Part shown: positions 29,038-42,562 of the stretch, piece by piece
Layout: each line of letters opens with the position of its first letter
Position numbering within the stretch: position 1 is the first letter of the stretch
NCBI GenBank assembly: GCA_963736855.1
Contig: CAVTQK010000015.1
Location: 640,001-704,000 of the forward strand
Source: an uncultured delta proteobacterium
Lineage (GTDB): Bacteria > Desulfobacterota > Desulfobacteria > Desulfobacterales > UBA2156
Reading direction: 5' to 3'
DNA length: 64,000 nucleotides
The notes under the pieces: model-generated
Told to the model about the DNA's origin: nothing
The model's database searches: none
What the model saw: only the letters and a program-made list of their open reading frames with translations
Made by a program: the position numbers and the translations under genes

Positions 29038-31776
29038 GTGACGATGCAAAAGAAGTGGGTATACCTTTTCGACGAACTGGATGAGGTACAGCGTTATGTA
29101 GGAGGCTCCTGGGAGGACATCAAAGGCCTTTTAGGGGGAAAGGGCGCTAACTTAGCGGAGATGGTTAAGCTGGGGATTCCGGTGCCCCCGGGGTTTACCG
29201 TCACCACGGAGGCGTGCAATGCCTATCTCTCCACTGGCGGTACGTTGCCCCAGGGCCTGTGGGATCAGGAACTGGAAGCCCTCCTCAAGATCGAGGAGGC
29301 CGTTGGAAAGACCTTCGGTGACCCGGAGAATCCGTTGCTGGTTTCGTGCCGATCCGGGGCCAAATTTTCCATGCCTGGAATGATGGACACGGTGCTCAAC
29401 ATCGGGCTCAATGATGAGACCGCTACGGGGATGGTGGCCCTCACCGGTGACGCACGATTTGTTTTTGACGCTTACAGGCGTTTGATCCAGATGTTCGGCA
29501 GCGTGGTGATGGGTGTTCCCGATGAGGTCTTCGAAGAGGTCATCACCAAGGCTCGCAGGCACGCCAAGGTTACCACCGATTCCCAACTCACGTCAGAGGA
29601 CTGGCAGACTGTGACAAGGGAATTCAAGGAGGTTTACCGGCATCATACCCACCACGATTTTCCCATAGATCCTTATGTGCAGTTGAAACTGACCACGGAG
29701 GCGGTTTTCAAAAGCTGGAACGGAAAAAGGGCGATTGATTACCGAAACGCGGCAGGGATTCCCCACGATTTAGGTACGGCGGTGAGCATTGTCACCATGG
29801 TTTTCGGAAACATGGGGGAAGACAGCGCCACCGGCGTGGCCATGACCCGGAACGGCTCCACAGGCGAAAAGCAGATCGAGGGAGACTATCTGATTAATGC
29901 CCAGGGGGAGGATGTGGTTGCCGGAATTCGTATGACCAAGGATCTGAAGGAATTAAAGACCGGCATGCCGGAGATCTATGCCGAGTTTGAGCAGATCGTA
30001 CAACGCTTGGAAAGGCACTATCGGGACATGCAGGACGTGGAGTTCACCATCGAAAAGGGGAAACTATGGATGCTCCAGACCCGGGATGGAAAAAGGACCG
30101 CCCAGGCTGCTGTTCGGATTGCGGTGGATATGGCTGAAGAAGGGCTCATCAATCAGGAAGAAGCTGTTCTTAGGGTTTCACCGGAGCAGGTCGATTTTTT
30201 TCTGCACCCCCAGTTCGATCCGAATGCCACCCGCGCTGCCAAGGCCGAAGGAAAATTGTTGGCAAAGGGTCTCAACGTTTCTCCCGGCGCGGCCTGTGGA
30301 ATCGTAGCCTTCGATGCGGACCTGGCCGAGACCTGGGCGAAAAAGAACGGAAAGAACGTCATCATGGTCCGACCGGAAACCAAACCGGATGATGTGCACG
30401 GCATGCTGGCGGCCAAGGGAATCCTCACGAGCCGGGGTGGTAGGACAAGCCATGCGGCCCTGGTGGCCCGCCAGTTCGGAAAACCCGCGGTGGTGGGTGT
30501 GGCAGCCTTGAACATCGATATCGCCAAACGCCGGATGAAAGTCGGAGAGACCGTGGTCCAGGAAGGGGATTGGATATCCATCGACGGGACAAGCGGCAGT
30601 GTGTACCTGGGGACGATTCCGACCACCGTTCCTGACATCAAGGATTCCTGGCTCATTAAGCTGTTATTGTGGGCGGATGGTTTTCGACGCCTGGGGGTTT
30701 GGGCCAATGCCGACTACGCCAGAGATGCCAAGCGCGCCCGGGAGTATGGGGCCGAAGGGATCGGCCTTTGCCGCACCGAGCATATGTTTTTTGAGACCGA
30801 ACGCCTGCCGTTGATCCAGAAGATGATCATGTCCGATAGACACCTGGATCAAAAGGAGGCCCTCGATGCCCTCCTTCCCTTTCAGAAAGAGGATTTTGCC
30901 GACCTGTTTCGGGTCATGGACGGTCTTCCGGTCATCATGCGTCTTCTGGATCCCCCCTTGCATGAATTCCTCCCCAACCATGACGCGTTGCTGCGGGAGC
31001 TGGCGGACTTGAAAATCCGCCTCAAACATGCGGGTAACCTCGCAGAGATTGACGATATGCTCCAAAGCATTCGAATCAAGGAAAGCATGCTGGAGCGGGT
31101 GGAAAGCCTCAGGGAAACCAACCCTATGCTCGGCCTTCGGGGGGTCCGGCTGGGAATCGTCATCCCGGATCTGACGACCATGCAGGTTCGGGCCGTGTTC
31201 GAGGCGGCCTGTCAGGTGGCTAAAGAAGGGGTATCGGTACACCCGGAGATCATGATTCCCCTGACCAGCCACGTCAATGAACTGGCCGACCAGAGAAGGG
31301 TCCTGGAGGCAGAGGGTAAAAGGGTTATGGAAGAGCAGGGCATGTCCATTGATTACAAATTCGGTACTATGATCGAGATACCCAGGGCTGCCCTCACCGC
31401 GGACCAGATGGTCGAGCATGCCCAATTTTTTTCATTCGGGACCAATGACCTGACTCAGACCACATTCGGGATATCCCGGGATGATGCCGAGGCGGGATTC
31501 CTGCTCATCTATCTGGACAGGGGAATCCTTTCGGAAAACCCGTTCACCACCATCGATCGGGAAGGGGTGGGAGAACTCATGCGCATCGCCGTGAAAAAGG
31601 GTCGATCGGTGCTTCCGGATTTGGAATGCGGGATATGCGGGGAGCACGGCGGCGATCCCAAGTCGATCCGTCTTTGCCATGAGCTGGGGCTGACCTATGT
31701 GTCGTGTTCTCCCTTCCGGGTCCCTATCGCCCGGTTGGCCGCCGCTCATGCGGCACTTAAGGATCGGGCTTCCTAG
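29038..31776 (+). CDS. ppdK: Pyruvate, phosphate dikinase
   Basis: GGKGANLAEM, SMPGMMDT, GGRTSHAA, GIGLCRTEHMF and GICGEHGGDP. Confidence 0.97.
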   Translation: MTMQKKWVYLFDELDEVQRYVGGSWEDIKGLLGGKGANLAEMVKLGIPVPPGFTVTTEACNAYLSTGGTLPQGLWDQELEALLKIEEAVGKTFGDPENPLLVSCRSGAKFSMPGMMDTVLNIGLNDETATGMVALTGDARFVFDAYRRLIQMFGSVVMGVPDEVFEEVITKARRHAKVTTDSQLTSEDWQTVTREFKEVYRHHTHHDFPIDPYVQLKLTTEAVFKSWNGKRAIDYRNAAGIPHDLGTAVSIVTMVFGNMGEDSATGVAMTRNGSTGEKQIEGDYLINAQGEDVVAGIRMTKDLKELKTGMPEIYAEFEQIVQRLERHYRDMQDVEFTIEKGKLWMLQTRDGKRTAQAAVRIAVDMAEEGLINQEEAVLRVSPEQVDFFLHPQFDPNATRAAKAEGKLLAKGLNVSPGAACGIVAFDADLAETWAKKNGKNVIMVRPETKPDDVHGMLAAKGILTSRGGRTSHAALVARQFGKPAVVGVAALNIDIAKRRMKVGETVVQEGDWISIDGTSGSVYLGTIPTTVPDIKDSWLIKLLLWADGFRRLGVWANADYARDAKRAREYGAEGIGLCRTEHMFFETERLPLIQKMIMSDRHLDQKEALDALLPFQKEDFADLFRVMDGLPVIMRLLDPPLHEFLPNHDALLRELADLKIRLKHAGNLAEIDDMLQSIRIKESMLERVESLRETNPMLGLRGVRLGIVIPDLTTMQVRAVFEAACQVAKEGVSVHPEIMIPLTSHVNELADQRRVLEAEGKRVMEEQGMSIDYKFGTMIEIPRAALTADQMVEHAQFFSFGTNDLTQTTFGISRDDAEAGFLLIYLDRGILSENPFTTIDREGVGELMRIAVKKGRSVLPDLECGICGEHGGDPKSIRLCHELGLTYVSCSPFRVPIARLAAAHAALKDRAS

Positions 31777-32183
31777 CGATCCTTTTTAAGGTCGTCCTTC
31801 AGTTTCTGATCGAGCTGGGCGAACAGGTCTTTTTGCTTCTGCAACTGTTTCGCCTTGAAAGACTCGAGCTGGGAATCGTAGTTTTTACGCGAAGCCTGAA
31901 ATGCCTCGATGGCGTCTTTTAAGGGTTCCCCGGTTTCTCCTTTCGGGATGGTTTCCAGAAGCTGGTGGTCCTGAACAAACAGGCGGGTGCCGAAGGGGCC
32001 TTCCGCAATTTTAAGGATACCCATCTGGGCCAGCCTCTTGCAGATCAGGTTGGTGTGTTCCACCGAGAAGGAGAGGAAGTCGCCTATGGCCTCGATGCTC
32101 GGGGGGGTGCCCTGGCGATGCTCCAAAACCCGGATTGCAGCCACTGCCAGGTGGGCTTCGGTGTATAAGTCTCTTGTTTTCAC
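31773..32183 (-). CDS. Hypothetical protein, possible winged-helix N-terminus
   Basis: 136-aa ORF with a plausible upstream promoter; helical C-terminus. Confidence 0.6.
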   Translation of the reverse strand: MKTRDLYTEAHLAVAAIRVLEHRQGTPPSIEAIGDFLSFSVEHTNLICKRLAQMGILKIAEGPFGTRLFVQDHQLLETIPKGETGEPLKDAIEAFQASRKNYDSQLESFKAKQLQKQKDLFAQLDQKLKDDLKKDR

Positions 32184-32259
32184 CTATTAATCAAAATCCC
32201 GATGGCTAATCAGTATCTCACTAAGCTAGCCCGAAGCCTCAGCACAGAGTCTTCGTTGG

Positions 32260-32306
32260 TTGACAACATTTTTAAAGGAGAGTAGCATTTTGCCGGTTTT
32301 TGTCAA
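32260..32306. promoter_or_regulatory. Overlapping opposite-strand sigma70-like promoters (eno and 31773..32183)
   Basis: Plus: TTGACA-17-TAGCAT (32260-32288); minus: TTGACA-16-TACTCT (32306-32279). Confidence 0.5.
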
Positions 32307-32319
32307 GCGGCTTGGTTAG

Positions 32320-33618
<1,299 letters not shown>

Positions 33619-33671
33619 CCCTCCGGCATTCCAAAATCCGTAATGCATCGGCTCCACCCCTTGGAAAAGTC

Positions 33672-34505
33672 TTGAGGGTGTTGGTACTTGGTTTTATGAT
33701 AGCTATATGGTGCGGTACTGCAAACGCTTATGTTTTACCTGGCCGTGCCGTTCTGGGGCGTTATCTCCAAAAACTCGGTCCGGAAAAGAGGCTATTGATC
33801 CGGCAGAAAACCTATATCCGTCTCAAAACCCAAGGTCAGGATGCGATTTCCGTGGATGAAACGGTTCGGTATCGCTTTCCCGGAGTCTTTCGGTCGGATG
33901 CCAAGGCAGGGGCGGTTGAACGCGTGCATCTTCAAGTGGATGGAGAGTCCCTGACTCTCATAGATGGAAAGGTTGATCCGATGCCCTGGGATCGGTTTGA
34001 CCGTTATAAGGATCTGCTTTTGCACCGGAACCCGGATAAGCTGGAGAGGGTGCTTTCCCATTACGGCATCCTTAGCGATATTTGCAGTCTGGGCCGGTTT
34101 CAGGGGTCTGTTGTCTATGTGATCGGTGCTCAGTATCCGGACGAGACAACCGCCCAGCTTGTCATCGACAAGGAAAACTTCTGGCCGACTCGATGGATAT
34201 TGGATAGAGGCTCGGATCCGTTGACCCGGGAAAAGTTGGAAATTCGCTATGGTAATTGGAGCCTTGTGGGAACGGCTTGGTACCCATGGCAAGTGGAATT
34301 TTACCAAAACGGCGAATTAGTTAAAACCATCGAGGTGGAGAAGCTGGAGGTCGATCCTCCACTTCCGAAGGAGCTGTTCGACATGGATCGCCTCAGGTCG
34401 ATGCAGAAACCGATGGAACGGCATAAACCTTCTTCCGAAAATAAAGATTCGGAGCCTGACGAGATCCAAAAGACCATAGAAAAATTCAAGAAGATCTACA
34501 ATTAG
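33672..34505 (+). CDS. Exported LolA-like / lipoprotein-sorting-fold protein (start uncertain)
   Basis: Signal peptide ending ANA; beta-rich; LVIDKENFWP and P..LFD patterns. Confidence 0.55.
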   Translation: MRVLVLGFMIAIWCGTANAYVLPGRAVLGRYLQKLGPEKRLLIRQKTYIRLKTQGQDAISVDETVRYRFPGVFRSDAKAGAVERVHLQVDGESLTLIDGKVDPMPWDRFDRYKDLLLHRNPDKLERVLSHYGILSDICSLGRFQGSVVYVIGAQYPDETTAQLVIDKENFWPTRWILDRGSDPLTREKLEIRYGNWSLVGTAWYPWQVEFYQNGELVKTIEVEKLEVDPPLPKELFDMDRLRSMQKPMERHKPSSENKDSEPDEIQKTIEKFKKIYN

Positions 34506-34562
34506 ACTCTAACCCGCGGGGATTTCGACGTCCCTATTTTCCCGCACATGGAAAGTATTTAA

Positions 34563-36218
<1,656 letters not shown>

Positions 36219-36354
36219 CGGTTTCCCCTGTTCCTCTGTCCGGCTCGTTTCGAACCGACAACCCCAGGGTTCGGATAGAGTGGAGTTTTTAACGCAGGTT
36301 CCTGCCCCCAAACGACGGGCTTCTAAAACCCGATCGCTTTTTTAGCCCGGCAGG

Positions 36355-37080
36355 TTAACCGCGATCTAACTCTTCCGAGAGGAGGATCGCTTCAGCCACC
36401 TGACGGATCGGTTTTCGGGAGTCCATGCTTCGTTTTTGGAGCCAGCGGTGAGCCTCTTCACCCGTCTTGTTTCTCCGCTTCATCAGGACTTCCTTGGCCC
36501 GCTCCACCATCTTTCGGGTCTCGAGTTCTTCCTGGATGACCCGGGTTTTGACCAACAGTTCCGTGTTCATGATGGCCACGGCGGCCTGATTGGCGACGGT
36601 GGTAATCAGATAGATTTCGGTCTCCGAGAAACGGTGAGGGGCGGCCGTGAAGCAGTTTAAAACTCCGACAACCTTCCCATCCTTGACCTGCAGGGGAACG
36701 CTGAGCATGGAAACGAGTCCCAGCTTTTTGGCCATCTCTTTTTCTTTGAACAACGGCTCATCCAGAACGTTTTCCACGATCAGGGGTCGGTTGTGGGTGG
36801 CCACATACCCTACTACTCCTTCGTCCATACCCAGGGACCGGTCTTTGATGTAATCCGGGTCGATGGCCTGAGTCGTTTTAAGCCGAATTTTTTTAGGCGC
36901 AACACTTTCGTCGATGAGCCATAATGAACAGATTTCGACACCGGTGACCTTGGCCGTCACCATCACGATGAGCTTGAGGATGTCCTCCAGGTAAAGTTCT
37001 GAAGTGATGGCCCGGCTGATATCCATCAGGCCTTTCAGATAGTTATCATAGGGTTCCGGTATAGTCTTGTCCATGATCAC
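36355..37080 (-). CDS. GAF + ANTAR domain protein
   Basis: GAF (SMLSVPL, VGVLN, FSETE); ANTAR (RKMVERAKEVLM...EAHRWLQKRSMD). Confidence 0.9.
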   Translation of the reverse strand: MIMDKTIPEPYDNYLKGLMDISRAITSELYLEDILKLIVMVTAKVTGVEICSLWLIDESVAPKKIRLKTTQAIDPDYIKDRSLGMDEGVVGYVATHNRPLIVENVLDEPLFKEKEMAKKLGLVSMLSVPLQVKDGKVVGVLNCFTAAPHRFSETEIYLITTVANQAAVAIMNTELLVKTRVIQEELETRKMVERAKEVLMKRRNKTGEEAHRWLQKRSMDSRKPIRQVAEAILLSEELDRG

Positions 37081-37202
37081 ATCTATGCCCCTGTAGCAAA
37101 TCCTGCTGTTGCAAAAGCCGAGGATGCCCCAGATCCAAGGTGTCCAACTTTTTTTCTATTCCTTGTCATGTTTTTATGCAACTGCAGGGTAAAATAATAC
37201 GG

Positions 37203-37231
37203 ATAGTATCATTAGTTTCAAAGGCGGTCAA
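37203..37231 (-). promoter_or_regulatory. Putative sigma70 promoter for the GAF-ANTAR gene
   Basis: TTGACC-17-TACTAT on the minus strand. Confidence 0.55.
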
Positions 37232-37248
37232 GTTCTCCATGTAGCGCT

Positions 37249-38256
37249 TCAACCGTTTGAGCCGATCTTAAAAAGGGCTTTGAGGACCTGTTGAGGAGTC
37301 ACACGATCTAAGCACAATGGCCTTGGACAGGATTCGGACCGAGACTCGAAGCAGGGAGAGCAATCCGAAATACCTTGCACCACAGCCACCGAGGGGCCAA
37401 GGGGTCTCCATCGGGCTGGGTCGGTGGGTCCGAAAATAGCCAGGGTGGCAAGCCCCAAAAACGCAGCCAGATGGCTGACCCCTGAATCATTGCCGATGAA
37501 AGCCCAAGCCGTTTTCAGTAACTTGGCCAACTCTGTGACTTCCCCAGTCTGAAAGATGCGAAAAGCCGGGGCAGCGTCTTTCAAGATCGGTTCTAAGGAG
37601 AATTCAGCCGGGCCGAAAAGAAACGCGGGATCCCATCCTTTTGCCCGAAGCTGGACGGCTGTTTCAATAAAACGGCTCAGGGGCCACCTTTTTTTCAGGC
37701 TTCCGGCTCCGGGGTGGATCCAGATCTTTTTTGTTTCGGTTTTGAGATCAAGGATTCTGGCGGGATCTTTTCTCGGCATATATTCGAAGGATTTGATGAG
37801 ACCGGTTTTTTCGCAAGAGAGAAGGAGATGGCTTGAGACGTGAGTGCGGGATGTCGGCTCGGGTTGCGGGGGAATGCGATGGATCGGTTTTTTGAAAAAC
37901 CGGGAGATGTCCGAAACCCATGTATCGGACCGGATTATGGCAAGCATTACGTCGCAGACGTTCAGCGCATCCTTTGCCTTTTCATTGGGTGCATCCTTGT
38001 AAAGGGATGCAAAATGCGCGGATTCTAAAGCATGAGCCTTTTGCACCAGGCCAAGTGACTGTGCCAGAATCCCCAGGTGTCCCTGACACAACAGGTGAAT
38101 TTCAAGGCCGGCACCTTTCAGGGCTTTGAACAAAGGAAAGGTTACGACGAGGTCGCCGAGTGCCCCATGATGGATCACAAAAACTTTTTGGTGCCTTGAG
38201 GAAATCCCAACTTCTTTTTCAGGTGCTGCCGGGCCCGAAAACCGATAGGCATGCAT
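37249..38256 (-). CDS. Glycosyltransferase family 9
   Basis: HGALGDL, IHPGAGSLKKRW, FIGNDSGVSHLAA and FGPTDP. Confidence 0.88.
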   Translation of the reverse strand: MHAYRFSGPAAPEKEVGISSRHQKVFVIHHGALGDLVVTFPLFKALKGAGLEIHLLCQGHLGILAQSLGLVQKAHALESAHFASLYKDAPNEKAKDALNVCDVMLAIIRSDTWVSDISRFFKKPIHRIPPQPEPTSRTHVSSHLLLSCEKTGLIKSFEYMPRKDPARILDLKTETKKIWIHPGAGSLKKRWPLSRFIETAVQLRAKGWDPAFLFGPAEFSLEPILKDAAPAFRIFQTGEVTELAKLLKTAWAFIGNDSGVSHLAAFLGLATLAIFGPTDPARWRPLGPSVAVVQGISDCSPCFESRSESCPRPLCLDRVTPQQVLKALFKIGSNG

Positions 38257-38260
38257 AATG

Positions 38261-38860
38261 TCAGAGATCCGATACCCCCAGAAGCTTATGGAGCCACCAA
38301 CGGTCATGTTCGGTTTCCAGGAGCGTTTCGGCGATTTGTTTTCCCAAAGCGCTTTGAACACGGTCTTTGACAAGGGGGATCCATTTTTTTGCATTTTGAT
38401 GCCCCATGTCCGCCAGGGCCTTGAGGTCGATCAGAAAGGCGAGCTGATCCGCATCTCGGGCAAGTACCGCTTCCTCTGTTCGGCCCTCGGCGAATTCCTG
38501 GAGCAGTGCAACAAGCGTTTTACCGAAGGGAAGCCCCTTAACGGTATCAGATAATGCAGTTTCGTCATCGGCTGTCACGTACTTTTTCTGCATATGGTTG
38601 AGATCACCGGTTCTTGTCTCTAAAAGATCATGTATAAGACACATATTGACAAGACGGGAAGCATCGATGCCCGGTCGCATTTGAGATAGGACAAATGCGA
38701 TGAGTGTGGTGATGAAGACATGCTCGGCAACGGATTCTTTTCCAGAACCGAGGAACTGATATCCTGACCGTGGAATTTTTTTCAGCATTGTCGCTTCAAA
38801 CAGGAAATCGCTGATAGCATCCATACTGAAATCCTCGTATTTACTGTGATCTTCACTCAT
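38261..38860 (-). CDS. HD-domain phosphohydrolase (5'-deoxynucleotidase-like)
   Basis: RSG...ESVAEH, IHDLLE.RTGD and ARDADQL. Confidence 0.88.
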   Translation of the reverse strand: MSEDHSKYEDFSMDAISDFLFEATMLKKIPRSGYQFLGSGKESVAEHVFITTLIAFVLSQMRPGIDASRLVNMCLIHDLLETRTGDLNHMQKKYVTADDETALSDTVKGLPFGKTLVALLQEFAEGRTEEAVLARDADQLAFLIDLKALADMGHQNAKKWIPLVKDRVQSALGKQIAETLLETEHDRWWLHKLLGVSDL

Positions 38861-38863
38861 TTT

Positions 38864-38936
38864 TGATGAAATCGTAAAAATTCAAAATTAGGATGGCAAA
38901 GTAAAAAGCTTCAATGGACTTTTTACGAAGCCATCA
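38864..38936. mobile_element. 73-bp internally deleted type A MITE, opposite orientation
   Basis: Both termini joined without the core; TTTT on both flanks. Confidence 0.8.
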
Positions 38937-39029
38937 TTTTCAACAATATGATATATAAATTCTGATTGGAAGCAAGTATAAATCCTTGACAGGTCTATGG
39001 AGTTCATATAGTTAGAAACTTCCAATATC

Positions 39030-39045
39030 ATACAACATATAGTGT
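39030..39045. promoter_or_regulatory. Possible NrdR box
   Basis: ATACAACATATAGTGT matches acaCwAtATaTwGtgt at 14/16. Confidence 0.4.
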
Positions 39046-39136
39046 ATTCAGGATTTGCAGGCACTCGTTTTCGCAGGTGAACGAACGGTTATAATTTCAG
39101 GGAACGCCCTGTTTGAGACGGATTCAAGGAGATCGC

Positions 39137-39859
39137 ATGCTGACTCATGATATCGATATCTTTCACATGGTGCTTAATGCCAGCTTCATGGTTCAGTTGG
39201 TATTGCTGTTGCTTTTAACATTTTCCGTGATTTCCTGGACCATCATCATCCTCAAGTTTCGATACATCCGGAGGGCTTTCAAGGAGTCAGCCGTTTTTAT
39301 CGACTATTTCTGGAAGAGCCGGGATTTTTCCGAAGCTTTATCCAAGGCCAAAACGCTGGAGGGAAGTCCCGTGGCCCGGTTATTCCGTAGCGGGTATACG
39401 GAGCTGAAAAAGACCGTTCAGTCAGGAACCTCCCAGGGATCCAGCCAAGATAGTTCGCCCTTGGGAGCCCGGATCATAGGCATCGATAATGTGAAGCGCG
39501 CACTTAGGCGGGGAATTACCACCGAAACCACGCGGATGACTCAGATGGTCCCCTTTTTAGCCACCACCGGGAACACGACCCCCTTCATCGGACTCTTCGG
39601 CACAGTTTGGGGCATCATGGGATCTTTCCATGGGATCGGATTGAGGGGTTCGGCTAGCCTTGCCGTGGTGGCGCCGGGGATTTCCGAAGCCCTTGTGGCG
39701 ACGGCCGCGGGACTGGCTGTGGCCATCCCTGCGGTTATCGCATTCAATTATTTCATTTACCAGATCCGTATCCTTGAGTCCGAGTTGGACAGCTTTTCGG
39801 CGGATTTTCTAAATATCGTGGAGCGCGACCTCATGCGCACGAAGGAGAGGGGTCAATGA
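39137..39859 (+). CDS. tolQ: TolQ
   Basis: PFIGLFGTVWGIM and APGISEALVATAAGL. Confidence 0.93.
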   Translation: MLTHDIDIFHMVLNASFMVQLVLLLLLTFSVISWTIIILKFRYIRRAFKESAVFIDYFWKSRDFSEALSKAKTLEGSPVARLFRSGYTELKKTVQSGTSQGSSQDSSPLGARIIGIDNVKRALRRGITTETTRMTQMVPFLATTGNTTPFIGLFGTVWGIMGSFHGIGLRGSASLAVVAPGISEALVATAAGLAVAIPAVIAFNYFIYQIRILESELDSFSADFLNIVERDLMRTKERGQ

Positions 39860-40299
39860 CGGCAGGTGGCAAGGAAAATGGGCTTTTGTCCGAAATCAAC
39901 GTTACCCCTTTTGTGGACGTCATGCTGGTTTTATTGATCATCTTCATGGTTACGGCTCCCATGATGATTCACGGGGCCAACGTTTCCCTTCCTGAGGCGA
40001 CTCTGGATCCCATATCCTCCGAAAAGGATCACTTGCTGATCACCCTCGATACCCAACAGCGGATATTCATCAACGATTTTGAAGTAAAACTAGATTTTCT
40101 GGGAGAAAAGCTGTCCAAGATTCTCGAAAACCGTACGGACCGGGAGGTCTATCTCAGAGCGGACAAGGCGATTCCTTATGGGATGGTGATTCAAGTCATG
40201 TCGGAGATCAAAGGAGCCGGGGTTGAAAAGTTGGGGATGGTGACGGAACCGGTCAAGAAGGACGAAAAGCGTCAACCGACCAAGGTTAAGAGAAAATGA
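39856..40299 (+). CDS. tolR: TolR
   Basis: EINVTPFVDVMLVLLIIFMVTAP and LRADK. Confidence 0.93.
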   Translation: MTAGGKENGLLSEINVTPFVDVMLVLLIIFMVTAPMMIHGANVSLPEATLDPISSEKDHLLITLDTQQRIFINDFEVKLDFLGEKLSKILENRTDREVYLRADKAIPYGMVIQVMSEIKGAGVEKLGMVTEPVKKDEKRQPTKVKRK

Positions 40300-41156
40300 A
40301 GCATGAGGAAAGCCAAAAATCGATTTCCTTTTTAAGGGGAAATCGGTCGGAGCACCGCCAATTTCTGCGGATATCCGCTATTTCAGCGGCGTGCCATGTG
40401 GCGCTCTTCATCGGGCTGATTTTTTTTCCGGACATCACTCCGGCCAGGCGATGGTCCTCCTCTGTGGTCAATGTAAGTTTGGTGGCTTTGCCCGGACCGG
40501 GGAAAGGCGCGATGCCGAGACCCCGCACGGAAGCGTCACAGACTCCGGAGACAAAAAAGACCCCAAAGCCGACCCCAGAGCAACAAGCGGTTCCGGAAGT
40601 CGGACCCAAACCGGATATGGTTTCTATTGCAGAAACGTGCGAAATCAAACCTAAAACATCCTTAAAGAAAAAGACCTTTAAAACTGAAAAAGCCATACAA
40701 AGCGCTATAAAAAATATCGAAGCAAAGGCCGAAAAAAACGCGCCCGAAAATACGCCCGACCCCTTGGCCAAAGCCTTGGCGAACCTGGAGCAGAAAGTCG
40801 AAGAGGGACCGCCGGGAGTCGGGACGGGTGTAGGTGAAGGGGGCGGGGGAAAGGCGACCTTGGATCAGATGGATATCTACAAGGTCGAAATTGCTTATGT
40901 CATCCAGAAGAATTGGGCATTTTCGGAACCAATGGTCGGCGGACGAAAGGATTTGGAAGCAAGACTTGTTATTAAAATTTTACCTGAGGGTCGGATTGCA
41001 GACATGTTTTTCGAAACCAAATCCGGAAACGCATACTTTGACGAATCGGTATATAAAGCGGTGAAGAAGTCGGATCCGCTTCCGCCGCTGCCAAAAGGGT
41101 ATCGTCGCTCCTCTTACATGGTGGGTCTGCGTTTCACACCGTCAGGCCTGAATTAG
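40296..41156 (+). CDS. tolA: TolA (TonB C-terminal domain protein)
   Basis: TM segment with S..CH, Pro/Lys-rich linker, SGNAYFDES; position in the tol operon. Confidence 0.85.
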   Translation: MKHEESQKSISFLRGNRSEHRQFLRISAISAACHVALFIGLIFFPDITPARRWSSSVVNVSLVALPGPGKGAMPRPRTEASQTPETKKTPKPTPEQQAVPEVGPKPDMVSIAETCEIKPKTSLKKKTFKTEKAIQSAIKNIEAKAEKNAPENTPDPLAKALANLEQKVEEGPPGVGTGVGEGGGGKATLDQMDIYKVEIAYVIQKNWAFSEPMVGGRKDLEARLVIKILPEGRIADMFFETKSGNAYFDESVYKAVKKSDPLPPLPKGYRRSSYMVGLRFTPSGLN

Positions 41157-41184
41157 CTATCGGGAATCTATCGAAAGGGACACA

Positions 41185-42519
41185 ATGAAAATAGCGGGTC
41201 TGGGACGGGGTGCTGTTTGGCTTCTGCTTTTTATTTGGGTGAATTTGACATGTTTTATGAGCGCTCTTTACGCTGTAGAATACATTGACATCAACAATCC
41301 ATTTTTAAGGAAGATCCCCATCGCCGTTCCGTTTTTCCAGACCAAAGCCGGCTCTTCAGAGGATCTCCAGATCATAAAAAGTAGCAGCGATTTTCTTGCT
41401 CAATCGTTGGATTTTACAGGATTTTTCAAGATTCTGGACCGGGGTGCATTTTTGGAAGATCCTCAGCGCATGGGGATCGAAATCCCCAACATCCTATTCA
41501 ACAACTGGACTACCATCGGAGCGGAGTTGCTGGTCACGGGCGGGTTCGAGCTTTCCGGCGAAGCCATCGCAGTGGAATTCCGCCTCTTCGACACCTTTAA
41601 GGGACGCTTGTTGGTGGGGAAACGATATCAGGGTTTGCGAGCGGATCTCAAGAACATTATCCGTAAATTCTGCGATGAAATCGTTTATAGTTTGACTGGA
41701 AAACACGGTATTTTCAGCAGCCGCATCGCCTTTGTATCCAACGGCAGCGGGAACAAGGAAATCTATGTCTGCGATTTTGACGGCAGCAATCCACGGCAGC
41801 TGACCCAAACCAAAGCCATCACGCTCTCACCGGCATGGTCTTTTGACGGAGACTGGATCGCCTACACGTCATATGTGAACGGAAAGCCCGATCTCTTCAT
41901 CCGCAATCTGAAAGACGGCCGAAGCCACAAGGTGGCCCATCAGGGTATCAACATCACGCCGGCATGGCGGCCTTTCAGATCGGAGTTATCGGCCACGCTC
42001 TCTTTCACGGGAGACCAGGAAATTTATTTGTTGACGGAGACCGGAAAAACAATTAAAAGGTTGACCCACAACGAAGGGATCGATGTGTCGCCTTCATGGT
42101 CGCCGGACGGAAAGAAAATCGCATTTGTCTCCAAACGGTCCGGGACTCCGCAGGTATATGTCATGGACGTGGATTCGAATGAAGTACAAAGGCTGACTTA
42201 CTATGGTCGCCACAACACCCAGCCGGCCTGGTCACCCGCCGGTGACCGGATTGCGTATACCGCCATGGATAAAAATGCGACAAATATTTTTGTGGTGGGT
42301 ATTGACGGGAAGGAGCCTGTCCAGCTGACTCACAATTCAGGCGACAACGAATCGCCGTCATGGTCGCCGGATGGAAATCTGATCGCCTTCAGCTCAACCC
42401 GGGAAGGCCCGGCGCGTATTTATGTCATGACAGCGTTCGGTACCGATCAACGGCGAATCCTGGCAATTTCGGGCGCACAGACGAATCCCGCATGGTCCCC
42501 CAGGAACAAAGACAATTGA
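41185..42519 (+). CDS. tolB: TolB
   Basis: IPIAVP, RIAFV and repeated P(S/A)WSPDG. Confidence 0.95.
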   Translation: MKIAGLGRGAVWLLLFIWVNLTCFMSALYAVEYIDINNPFLRKIPIAVPFFQTKAGSSEDLQIIKSSSDFLAQSLDFTGFFKILDRGAFLEDPQRMGIEIPNILFNNWTTIGAELLVTGGFELSGEAIAVEFRLFDTFKGRLLVGKRYQGLRADLKNIIRKFCDEIVYSLTGKHGIFSSRIAFVSNGSGNKEIYVCDFDGSNPRQLTQTKAITLSPAWSFDGDWIAYTSYVNGKPDLFIRNLKDGRSHKVAHQGINITPAWRPFRSELSATLSFTGDQEIYLLTETGKTIKRLTHNEGIDVSPSWSPDGKKIAFVSKRSGTPQVYVMDVDSNEVQRLTYYGRHNTQPAWSPAGDRIAYTAMDKNATNIFVVGIDGKEPVQLTHNSGDNESPSWSPDGNLIAFSSTREGPARIYVMTAFGTDQRRILAISGAQTNPAWSPRNKDN

Positions 42520-42562
42520 TGGGTTTTATAAGATGTTGTTAAACATAAAAAAGGAGGAGAAA

